Below, one piece after another: positions 34,537 to 42,360 of a stretch of 45,418 nt of DNA. Source of the DNA: a virus. Lineage: Duplodnaviria; Caudoviricetes. The stretch covers positions 1 to 45,418 of the IMG/VR virus record IMGVR_UViG_3300020388_000004. One strand, given 5' to 3'. The translations under genes and the position numbers were made by a program. Positions within the stretch are counted from its first letter, which is position 1. Each line of letters begins with the position of its first letter. The notes under the pieces were generated by a model. It searched no databases and was not told where the DNA came from. It was given only the letters and a program-made list of their open reading frames with translations.

Positions 34537-35175
34537 ATGAAAACAGCAGTAATTATGCAGCGTGAACTTTTCGGAATGCCTGTTTCTCAGCATAGTAAAA
34601 CCGAATACTTCAGCGCTACCGACTTGGTAAAAGCTGGCAATAAGTACCGAATCGTTAACGGACTATCTCAATTCAACGAGAAAGCATGGATGGCAACGAA
34701 GGGGACTAAGGAGTTTATTGAAGAGCTCGAGTTAAAATTTGGGAAGGTTAAGATATCGGCTAGAGGTAGAGGTCAGCACACTTGGATTCACCCTCTTTTG
34801 TTTATTGACATGGCGTTGGCTATTTCTCCAAAGCTTAAAATCGAGACGTATGAATGGATGTTCGATCACCTAATCAAGAATCGTAACGAATCAGGTGATA
34901 GCTATAACTTGCTTTGTGGAGCCCTGTATAAGCGCCACTCAAACAAGACCACTTTCCACAAGTACATTCAAGATGTAGCAAAGAACATACGCTTAGCTTG
35001 CGATGTGGTTGATTGGAACAAGGCAAGCGCTAATCAATTAAAAGCTCGAGATAAGATCCACAAAGAAGCAGCATTACTTTGTGAGGTTCTTCAGGATAAC
35101 GATGTTGCATTACAGATAGCATTTGCTCGAGTCCTTGGCGTTGAGCATGTAATCCCAAAATTAACCAACAATTAG
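34537..35175 (+). CDS. KilA-N domain DNA-binding protein
   Basis: YFSATDL, TKEFIEEL, RGRGQHTWIHPLLFIDMA..ISP. Confidence 0.87.
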   Translation: MKTAVIMQRELFGMPVSQHSKTEYFSATDLVKAGNKYRIVNGLSQFNEKAWMATKGTKEFIEELELKFGKVKISARGRGQHTWIHPLLFIDMALAISPKLKIETYEWMFDHLIKNRNESGDSYNLLCGALYKRHSNKTTFHKYIQDVAKNIRLACDVVDWNKASANQLKARDKIHKEAALLCEVLQDNDVALQIAFARVLGVEHVIPKLTNN

Positions 35176-35189
35176 TAAGTGAGAGAGCT

Positions 35190-35573
35190 ATGAGTACACT
35201 AGAAAAACTAGCCAAACGCATTGGTGAGATTGGCGATGAGATTGCAGATCTTAAATCTCAGAGAGTAACCAATCTTGAGCACTGCTGCGCTTCAGACGAC
35301 ACTGACTTTGGAAGTCAGAGGGAGATTATCGACCCTCACTGGAACGTGAGAGAAAATTGCCTGATGGTAGCGTACAAGTGGGCTAAAGAAGAAAGGCTGC
35401 AAAATGAGTCAGATGGAGAGAGTTACAATACAGATACTTTTTCATACATTCTTCATGATGAAGGTTGCATTAACTGCAAAGGCGCATACGAAGACAAGAA
35501 AAAGATCGGGCTTCTAAAGCAAGAGCGCGGGCGCCTAGTTGGGAATGTCAGTAAAATTGGTAAGACGCTTTAA
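35190..35573 (+). CDS. Hypothetical protein
   Basis: 127 aa; Cys-containing. Confidence 0.65.
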   Translation: MSTLEKLAKRIGEIGDEIADLKSQRVTNLEHCCASDDTDFGSQREIIDPHWNVRENCLMVAYKWAKEERLQNESDGESYNTDTFSYILHDEGCINCKGAYEDKKKIGLLKQERGRLVGNVSKIGKTL

Positions 35574-35590
35574 CCAACCTATAAGAGAGA

Positions 35591-35908
35591 GTGATAATGA
35601 CCACAGAATTTCAAATGAAAGATAGAGTTGGGGCGCTTAAGCCACTTCAATCAACTCACACGATTAGCCAAGCAGCCAAGAAGTTAGGAATTACCAGGCA
35701 CAATGTTGAGCACGTCGTTAGATATCACGGGCTGAAGTTTACTAACGAACCGAACACGCGAGGTGCAAAGTTAGTAGCTGGTGATATTCCTATAATTCGT
35801 GAGCTGGCCGAGTTCTTAAAGGTAGTGGAGATAGCGGTTAAATTCGAAGTTACCCCGCAAACCATTCACAACATATTAAGCGGTAGGACTTGGCAATGTG
35901 TGAAATGA
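35591..35908 (+). CDS. Double HTH DNA-binding protein
   Basis: TISQAAKKLGITRHNV and EIAVKFEVTPQTIHNILSGRTW. Confidence 0.75.
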   Translation: MIMTTEFQMKDRVGALKPLQSTHTISQAAKKLGITRHNVEHVVRYHGLKFTNEPNTRGAKLVAGDIPIIRELAEFLKVVEIAVKFEVTPQTIHNILSGRTWQCVK

Positions 35909-36096
35909 AGCAAAACGCCTTCCTAGCCATCTGCAAGGCGTGTAAAGAAGAAATACGACCGATTGACCGCAAGGATTTATCTGCTATTAGAATTGTAATG
36001 GACAAGCATGCAGTCAATGCAAAGCTGTTAGGTTTTAGTAAAGTGGCAATGATGCATCGGATAGGCGTTATGAACGGAGTTTTGAAAGAGAGGTGA
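35905..36096 (+). CDS. Hypothetical protein
   Basis: MKQNAFLAIC..; overlaps upstream stop. Confidence 0.55.
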   Translation: MKQNAFLAICKACKEEIRPIDRKDLSAIRIVMDKHAVNAKLLGFSKVAMMHRIGVMNGVLKER

Positions 36097-36172
36097 AATA
36101 CCTCTTTTTATTTAAATATACTTGCACCATTAATTAATTATTGGTACATTAGATAGGCAATCAGGAGGTCTT

Positions 36173-36307
36173 ATGCAAAAGAAAAATGAACGCGGAGCAG
36201 GAAGAAAGCCAAAGGGTTTTGAGACTGTAAATCGTAGAATTCCAGTTCCGCTATTAAAGAAGTTTGAAAAGTGGCGAGACGAAGAAACTGCAAAGCTGCA
36301 GGCATAA
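36173..36307 (+). CDS. Small DNA-binding protein (AT-hook-like plus RHH-like, 44 aa)
   Basis: Below cutoff; AGGAGG RBS; RGAGRKPKG...NRRIPVPL; promoter TTGCAC-17-TACATT at 36122-36150. Confidence 0.7.
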   Translation: MQKKNERGAGRKPKGFETVNRRIPVPLLKKFEKWRDEETAKLQA

Positions 36308-36363
36308 AAAAGCCCCGCCGACCAAGCTAGGGCATTCATTCTCACTTTCACGGTTAATTATAT

Positions 36364-37011
36364 ATGGAACTTAAAAAGAAATCATTCATCTTGCATGTTG
36401 ATAGCTTGGATGTCTTATCCGACCTTTCAGATGAGCAAGCAGGAAAGCTTTTTAAGGCGATGTTAGCGTTTCATAAGGGCGAAGATATAGAGCTCGACCC
36501 ACTAACAAAGATGGCCTTTAGCTTTTTCAAAAACCAATTCATTAGAGATAATGAAAAGTACATAAAAACGTGCGAAGCCAGAGCTCAAGCGGGCTCGAAA
36601 GGTGGAAAGCAAAAGCAGCAAAACATAGCAAGTGCTAGCAATAGCTACCAAAAGGAAGCAAAAGTAGCAGAGAATGATAGTGATAGTGATAGTGATAGTA
36701 AGAAGGATAGTAAGAATAAAATAGACTTCACGCCCTTGGCTTTTAATTCCGAAGAGATAAAAGAGTTCAAAGAGATTCGTTCAAGAAAGAAAGGCTCAGT
36801 TACGCAGAGAGTGATCAACGAACATGGTAAGCAGTTTGAACTATCAAGAAAGCGCGGATATACGAATGACGACATACTGAATGAATGGTCTAATCGAGGA
36901 TGGACAGCTTACAAAGATGAATGGATGAGAGTTCCAGTCAAGAAAGCAGCACAACAATCAAACGTACCACTAGCAGATTATGATCCACTTGAATCACTAA
37001 GGAATATGTAA
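36364..37011 (+). CDS. Replication initiator (DUF6291)
   Basis: KKSFILH.D, LSDEQAGKLFKA, RDNEKY..CE....GSKGG; precedes helicase. Confidence 0.85.
   Translation: MELKKKSFILHVDSLDVLSDLSDEQAGKLFKAMLAFHKGEDIELDPLTKMAFSFFKNQFIRDNEKYIKTCEARAQAGSKGGKQKQQNIASASNSYQKEAKVAENDSDSDSDSKKDSKNKIDFTPLAFNSEEIKEFKEIRSRKKGSVTQRVINEHGKQFELSRKRGYTNDDILNEWSNRGWTAYKDEWMRVPVKKAAQQSNVPLADYDPLESLRNM
36605..36720 (+). repeat. Iteron-like repeats in initiator linker (putative origin)
   Basis: Multiple AGCA(A) units, then (TGATAG)x4 at 36675-36698 and GATAGTAAGAA x2. Confidence 0.55.
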
Positions 37012-38372
37012 TGAACCTAGTAACACCACCTTACTCACAAGAAGCTGAAATGGCCGTAATAGGTTCTTTACTTGAAGATTGCTCATTACTTGGAAGAATT
37101 GAGTTTCTAAGCTCAGATGACTTTTACATGCTTCCTCATAGATTGATTTTTAATATCTTCATGGAAGAGAACGCAAAAGGAAATTCTTTCGACCTAAACT
37201 TGATATCAGACAAAATCACCGATGACATGGGCGGCACTGGTTACTTTGTTGATATCTGGAAGCAAAAGCGATCGGTTGCAAATGTAGTTTCATACGCAAG
37301 AAAGGTTGTTGACTTGGCCATCAGACGAAAATCAATGTCAGCTTACCAACAAGGCATTGAAGACCTAGCAAACACCAATACAAACTTTGTCGATGAGATT
37401 AACAAGGTTGCGGGTGAGGTTGATAAATCAGTCTGCAGACTTAATCAGAACGACTCGTTAGACGTTGAAACTCTAATCGATCAGTCGGTCGATGAAATGG
37501 AACGATCACTATCTGAGGTTCGCACTGGAATATCGAGTGGCATACCTGAAGTTGATGAGCGATTGGGCTACCAGAAGTTAGCAATTGGTGAGGTTACGAT
37601 AGTTGGCGCTCCATCAAAAAATGGTAAGACTCTTTTTGCAAACACCATAGCAGCACGTTGCGACCTTCGAGAAGGCGAGTCGGCTCATATATTCAGCATT
37701 GAAATGCCAGCTCTAGGTATGTTTAACGGAATCGTTTCGGCAATAGCAGGCGTACCAGCTAACTTTTACGTTCGACAGGCTTACTATCACCAAGCCCTTC
37801 CAGATAAATATGATGAATGGATGGCTAAATGGGGTACTGCAGCGCAGGAGCTTAGAGAGAAAAGCAAAATTACAATTGATGGCCGCAAGGATGTGACAAT
37901 GCAGTACATCTGCAGCGAGATGAGAAAGCAAAGCCAGCTTGCGCAGAACAATGGAAATAAGCTGCGAGTTGTATTTATCGACCACGCGCACAGAATTAGC
38001 TATGACTGCAGCAAGAAGCCAATGACATACGCCATGGGTGATGATGTTCGAATGCTAAAGAATACAGCGTCAGACCTTGGCATTGCAGTGGTGCTACTTT
38101 GCCAGTTAAACGAAAACAGCAAAGATCGCGAACCTACATCATATGACATCTTGGATACGTCTCGAATTCGCCATGAGATGCAAGCATTTATAGGACTAAG
38201 ATTGTTCCGTGAGGGTGGCGGGACATACTTCGGTGTTTACGGTCACGACCCGAGATATGCAGACCATGAAACCAAGTTTCACCCTGCGTACATGTGGCTA
38301 GACAATGGCGTCGTTAAGTCACTGCCAGAACATAATAAACACTGGACGCCAAGCGTTACAGAGCAACAATAA
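37011..38372 (+). CDS. dnaB: DnaB-like replicative helicase
   Basis: PPYSQEAEMAVIGSLL N-terminus; Walker A GAPSKNGKT; FSIEM; VFIDH; LCQLN. Confidence 0.9.
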   Translation: MNLVTPPYSQEAEMAVIGSLLEDCSLLGRIEFLSSDDFYMLPHRLIFNIFMEENAKGNSFDLNLISDKITDDMGGTGYFVDIWKQKRSVANVVSYARKVVDLAIRRKSMSAYQQGIEDLANTNTNFVDEINKVAGEVDKSVCRLNQNDSLDVETLIDQSVDEMERSLSEVRTGISSGIPEVDERLGYQKLAIGEVTIVGAPSKNGKTLFANTIAARCDLREGESAHIFSIEMPALGMFNGIVSAIAGVPANFYVRQAYYHQALPDKYDEWMAKWGTAAQELREKSKITIDGRKDVTMQYICSEMRKQSQLAQNNGNKLRVVFIDHAHRISYDCSKKPMTYAMGDDVRMLKNTASDLGIAVVLLCQLNENSKDREPTSYDILDTSRIRHEMQAFIGLRLFREGGGTYFGVYGHDPRYADHETKFHPAYMWLDNGVVKSLPEHNKHWTPSVTEQQ

Positions 38373-38388
38373 AAATTAAGGATTATTT

Positions 38389-38595
38389 ATGCTAACCATA
38401 GAAAAACTACAAGTTAATTTAGATGACGCGCAGGTGATTAATGAAATGAGACGCGCAGACCTAAAAAAACAAGGGTACAACGGACTTGTAATGTGCGACC
38501 CGAAAAGGCTTTACGAGATTAAAGGTAATGATTGCAGGGATATAACAAGAATGTGGATTAGATTGGCTCAACATAGCGCAAAGATTGGCAAGTAA
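38389..38595 (+). CDS. Hypothetical protein
   Basis: 68 aa; AAGGA RBS. Confidence 0.6.
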   Translation: MLTIEKLQVNLDDAQVINEMRRADLKKQGYNGLVMCDPKRLYEIKGNDCRDITRMWIRLAQHSAKIGK

Positions 38596-38612
38596 ACTTT
38601 TAACACATATAG

Positions 38613-39347
38613 GTGATGATGATGAAGAAGGCTGTATTTTTATTCGACTACACAGGAATTATGGCAAAACCTTGGGCTGATGCCGGTTACTTGTGTTACT
38701 GCTTTGACGGGCAACACCCTCTAGGCGTTTCGAAAAGCGATCACGAAAACATACTTAATGTCGGGATGTGGTTTAGCACTGAAATTACAGGTGATATTGC
38801 TTGTGATGACGTTGATAAAATCCTAGCTATTACCGGAACTGATGTTGAGATGGTATTTGGCTTCCCAGAGTGCACACAGCTTGCAGTTAGCGGGGCCGCT
38901 CACTTTCCAGCTAAGTTTGATGTAAACCCATTCTTTCAAGATGAAGCCATGGTTCTTGTTTACCTAGTTCGCGATTTAGGTGAAAAAATTGGATGCAAAT
39001 GGGCTTTGGAAAATCCAGTAAGCGTAATTAGTACTAAGTGGAGAAAGCCGGACTTTTACTTTGACCCTTGGCAATACGGCGGATACCTACCTAAAGATGA
39101 TGTTCATCCAATTTATCCAGAGTACATAAAGCCCCGCGATGCCTACCCAAAGAAAACCGGAATCTGGTGTGGTAATGGGTTTGTTAGGCCAGAGCTAAAC
39201 CCTGTCCATGTTGAAAAAGGATATTCAGACCAACACAAGAAATTAGGCGGCAAGTCACTAAAGACTAAAAACATCCGTAGCGCAACACCAAGAGGATTTG
39301 CGGCTGCTACATTTTACGCAAACTCTGACCAGTTGAGAGGTAAGTAA
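38613..39347 (+). CDS. Phage C5-cytosine-type DNA methyltransferase
   Basis: FLFDYTG (motif I variant), GFPECT catalytic, ENPV, RSATP.GFA. Confidence 0.8.
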   Translation: MMMMKKAVFLFDYTGIMAKPWADAGYLCYCFDGQHPLGVSKSDHENILNVGMWFSTEITGDIACDDVDKILAITGTDVEMVFGFPECTQLAVSGAAHFPAKFDVNPFFQDEAMVLVYLVRDLGEKIGCKWALENPVSVISTKWRKPDFYFDPWQYGGYLPKDDVHPIYPEYIKPRDAYPKKTGIWCGNGFVRPELNPVHVEKGYSDQHKKLGGKSLKTKNIRSATPRGFAAATFYANSDQLRGK

Positions 39348-39348
39348 T

Positions 39349-39495
39349 ATGAAATTCGAAATAAGCAAAGACCTACTAGAAGAGATGATTTGCTGCATTG
39401 TTGATTGCGGCATGGATAGGGACGAGGCGTGCGATTACGCGCTTCAGTGCCTTGGAGAAGGGATTGAAGATGCAGAGGTAAGTAATGGCGACTAA
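39349..39495 (+). CDS. Small acidic protein (48 aa)
   Basis: Below cutoff; MKFEISKDLLEEMICC..NGD*; GAGG RBS. Confidence 0.55.
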   Translation: MKFEISKDLLEEMICCIVDCGMDRDEACDYALQCLGEGIEDAEVSNGD

Positions 39496-39925
39496 ATTCG
39501 CCCTATCAAGTATCGATGACTTGCCAAGTTTGGTTAGTAAAATATATGACCACTTCGACAAGTCATCATCACCGATAACGGGAAGCTTCCAGGATAGGCG
39601 GTCGCTAGATGCTAATGCTCAGGTTCATGTGTGGATTCCGCAGATTGCAGCATGGATGGGTGAGAGTGTTGATTACGTTCGCAAGCTTACGAAAATGCAG
39701 CATGGGCTTCCTATCCTACTGGCCGATGAGGAATATGGGGATAAGACGCGGTTTGTACTTAGCAAGTGTGAATTTGAGTCGATGAAGATTGAACAGCAAT
39801 TGGGGCTGGTGGACTTCCTACCGGTTACCCGGTTATTTTCCACAAAACAGCACAACGCTTTTAGAGATTCGATTCAGGTTCACTATGAGCATCAAGGGCT
39901 AACATTGGAGTATCAGAATAAATGA
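39485..39925 (+). CDS. ninB: NinB/Orf-like recombination protein
   Basis: RRSLDANAQVHVWIPQIA, GLPIL, PVTRLFSTKQ. Confidence 0.72.
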   Translation: MATKFALSSIDDLPSLVSKIYDHFDKSSSPITGSFQDRRSLDANAQVHVWIPQIAAWMGESVDYVRKLTKMQHGLPILLADEEYGDKTRFVLSKCEFESMKIEQQLGLVDFLPVTRLFSTKQHNAFRDSIQVHYEHQGLTLEYQNK

Positions 39926-40227
39926 CATTAGCAAGAAGTAAGAAGGTGCGAAATTCAGCCCGTGATGAGTCCTGTACGCTTCGTTTTTATCAGGTATGCA
40001 ATGGCAACCCTGATACTGTTATCTTCGCCCACGTTGGCTCTCAGGGAGGTATGGGGATGAAATGCGGGGATAACTTCGGTGTCTACGCCTGCAGTAGCTG
40101 TCATGACCTAATTGACGGCCGTATTAAGTCGCCAGATGGAAACTACGATTTCAGCTCTGACATCCTGCGAGCACTGGAAGAGACTCAGCAAAAACTGATT
40201 GATAAGGAATTAATGGTGATCCGATGA
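39922..40227 (+). CDS. DUF1364/YbcO-like zinc nuclease
   Basis: RSKK..SAR...CTLR...CN....V.FAH...G.GMK.D....ACSSCHD.IDGR. Confidence 0.85.
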   Translation: MTLARSKKVRNSARDESCTLRFYQVCNGNPDTVIFAHVGSQGGMGMKCGDNFGVYACSSCHDLIDGRIKSPDGNYDFSSDILRALEETQQKLIDKELMVIR

Positions 40228-40610
40228 GATACAGTTTCAACATAGACGCAGTACCAGCAAGTCGACCTAGAGTAACAAGATGGTCAACCTTCTACCCTAA
40301 GAAGTACACAAACTTCCGAACTGCAATGGGTGTTATTACGGACCATATGGAGTTTGAGAAGGTAGCGGGTCCTATTAAGGTTGAAACGGTTATCTACCTG
40401 CCAATGCCTAAGTCGTGGTCCAATAAGAAAAAGGAACTGTTCAACGGTCAGTGGAAGATGAACAACTGCGACAATGACAACTACGAGAAGGCGATATGGG
40501 ACTCGCTTAACGGTAAGGCTTGGGAGGATGATTGCCAGATTGTGTGGAATGAGACAAAAGTAATGTACGCCTATGAAGGGCAAGTAATCGTTGGAGTGAC
40601 GAAACTATGA
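40224..40610 (+). CDS. rusA: RusA-family Holliday junction resolvase
   Basis: PASRPR, PMPKSWS, DNDNYEKAIWDSLNG.AWEDD.QIV. Confidence 0.88.
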   Translation: MRYSFNIDAVPASRPRVTRWSTFYPKKYTNFRTAMGVITDHMEFEKVAGPIKVETVIYLPMPKSWSNKKKELFNGQWKMNNCDNDNYEKAIWDSLNGKAWEDDCQIVWNETKVMYAYEGQVIVGVTKL

Positions 40611-40900
40611 AAGGCTTAAAATACGACCAAGACAAACCTATGTATAACCTAATCCCCGCAACGGCCATAGATGAGCTTGCAAAGGTGTTAACGTTTGGAG
40701 CTGTTAAGTACGCACCCAACTCTTGGCAAGAGGTTGAGAATGGATTAGAGCGCTATAGAGCGGCATTGTTGCGACATACGTTTGCCATCCAGCGTGGTGA
40801 ACTGGTGGATTCTGAATCTGGACTACCGCATTCAGCTCATGCGATGTGTTGCGCTGCGTTTATTGTTGAGCTTGAGAAGCTGAAAGAAAAGGATATGTAG
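40607..40900 (+). CDS. dATP/dGTP diphosphohydrolase N-domain protein (DUF5664)
   Basis: GLKYDQDKP..LIP..FGAVKY.PNSW..A.LRH..D.ESGLPH.AHA. Confidence 0.85.
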   Translation: MKGLKYDQDKPMYNLIPATAIDELAKVLTFGAVKYAPNSWQEVENGLERYRAALLRHTFAIQRGELVDSESGLPHSAHAMCCAAFIVELEKLKEKDM

Positions 40901-40903
40901 TAT

Positions 40904-40932
40904 TTGACACGTCCGTTATGAGTTGCTATATT
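40904..40932 (+). promoter_or_regulatory. Sigma70-like promoter of rha
   Basis: TTGACA-17-TATATT with TG extension; ACACGTC repeated at the -35 and near +1. Confidence 0.6.
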
Positions 40933-40959
40933 TAACACGTCAACCAAGAGGGTGTAGTC

Positions 40960-41433
40960 ATGACGGACATTGAAATTTACGAAGAAAACGGAGTTCAGAA
41001 AACCAACTCAAAGAATGTTGCTGATGTTTTCCAAAAGAGCCATAGGAATGTAACTGCTGACATTAGGAAGCTTGATTGTAGTGATGAATTTAGAGCGCTG
41101 AATTATAAGCACTCAACTTACATTAGCGAGCAAAATAAAGAGTTACCATGCATTGAGATGACTAAAGACGGATTTACTTTTTTGTGTATGGGGTATCGAG
41201 GGAAAAAGGCAGCTCAATTCAAAGAGGGTTACATAGCTGAATTCAATAGAATGGCTAGTGCGCTGAATTCAATTAGCGAACGCATTAACAAGCACTCAAT
41301 TGAAGGCAAGCAAATAAAAGAGCTCGGCGCAGAATGGTCTCGACTTGGTCATGAAGTAAATCGATTCAAGAAAAAGCACAAAGAGGCATCAGCTAGTTTG
41401 ATGTCAGAAGTGCAGTTGAAGTTGGAGATTTAG
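40960..41433 (+). CDS. rha: Rha family regulatory protein
   Basis: SKNVADVFQKSHRNV, MTKDGFTFLCMGYRGKKAAQFKEGYIAEFNRM. Confidence 0.9.
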   Translation: MTDIEIYEENGVQKTNSKNVADVFQKSHRNVTADIRKLDCSDEFRALNYKHSTYISEQNKELPCIEMTKDGFTFLCMGYRGKKAAQFKEGYIAEFNRMASALNSISERINKHSIEGKQIKELGAEWSRLGHEVNRFKKKHKEASASLMSEVQLKLEI

Positions 41434-41436
41434 AGT

Positions 41437-41514
41437 ATGAGTAAGATGATATTTAACGCAGCATCCGTAGTGGTATTTATTGGTGTCATAATGATTATTT
41501 GTTTGGAGTGGTAG
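41437..41514 (+). CDS. 25-aa hydrophobic peptide
   Basis: MSKMIFNAASVVVFIGVIMIICLEW*. Confidence 0.45.
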   Translation: MSKMIFNAASVVVFIGVIMIICLEW

Positions 41515-41516
41515 AG

Positions 41517-41693
41517 ATGACAATTGCACAAGAAATTAGAAAGCGAATTAAAGATATGAAATGCTCATTGCGCGATATGTGCGAGCAAGAGTGCACCCGT
41601 AAAGATGTGGATAGTAGAAATCGAACTGTTGAATTTAAATTTTCAGACGGTTCAACTATCGGCATGTTAGCAACTCAAGATGATATGGAGTAG
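41517..41693 (+). CDS. Hypothetical protein
   Basis: MTIAQEIRK..FKFSDGS. Confidence 0.55.
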   Translation: MTIAQEIRKRIKDMKCSLRDMCEQECTRKDVDSRNRTVEFKFSDGSTIGMLATQDDME

Positions 41694-41695
41694 GT

Positions 41696-42115
41696 ATGAA
41701 TCCAAAGTATATTACGATCCATTGTTCAGCGACTAAGCCAAAGAATAATTTCAGCATTGATAAGCTTCGTGATTTGCACGTAAATCAGAATGGATGGTCG
41801 GACATTGGTTATAACTTTTACATCACAACTGACGGGCAATTGCATCCGTGCCGCCCATTAAATCGAAGCGGGGCGCACGTTAAAGGTCACAACACTGGCA
41901 ATGTAGGCATTTGCCTTGAGGGAGGTCTAAACAACGATACGGGCAAACCAGACGATACATATACAGCATCGCAGATGGCAGCGCTTAAGGATGTTGTTGA
42001 GTATCTTCAAAACAGTTTTTGCATTGATGATGAAAACGTTAAGGGTCATCGTGATTGGGGGGTAAATAAAGCATGCCCTTGTTTTGAGGTTAAAAAGTGG
42101 ATGGAGAATAAGTAA
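41696..42115 (+). CDS. Endolysin, N-acetylmuramoyl-L-alanine amidase (T7 lysozyme-like)
   Basis: IHCSAT, GWSDIGY, GAHVKGHN, GHRD, KACPCF zinc ligands. Confidence 0.93.
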   Translation: MNPKYITIHCSATKPKNNFSIDKLRDLHVNQNGWSDIGYNFYITTDGQLHPCRPLNRSGAHVKGHNTGNVGICLEGGLNNDTGKPDDTYTASQMAALKDVVEYLQNSFCIDDENVKGHRDWGVNKACPCFEVKKWMENK

Positions 42116-42324
42116 TGGGTAAGTACAAGTTAATTCTAGATTTCGTGGGGTCGTTGTTTCCGGTGATTTTTCCAAAGAATGAGTTCAAACCAAAGCGAGC
42201 TGTATTTGTGTTTGCTATGTCATTGGTGATGATGTTTGCTGTTGATTACTTTGGGGCGGCTACGATTGAGCAAGCTATCGATTTAACCGGCGCTGCAGTT
42301 GAGCTGACTGAAGAGGCTAAGTAA
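42115..42324 (+). CDS. Small membrane protein, holin candidate
   Basis: 69 aa with hydrophobic segments; coupled to endolysin stop. Confidence 0.5.
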   Translation: MGKYKLILDFVGSLFPVIFPKNEFKPKRAVFVFAMSLVMMFAVDYFGAATIEQAIDLTGAAVELTEEAK

Positions 42325-42360
42325 AAAACAACCCCCTAGTTTTGCTAGGGGGTTTACTTT
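42323..42360. terminator. Bidirectional terminator
   Basis: AACCCCCTAG-TTTTG-CTAGGGGGTT between convergent genes. Confidence 0.8.

Noticed and set aside
36675-36716. CRISPR-like or mini-array repeat
   Set aside because: Hexamer tandem inside a CDS with no spacers; no cas genes
40607-40900. Z-genome (2-aminoadenine) pathway
   Set aside because: No PurZ, HD-domain dATPase or phage DNA polymerase is present
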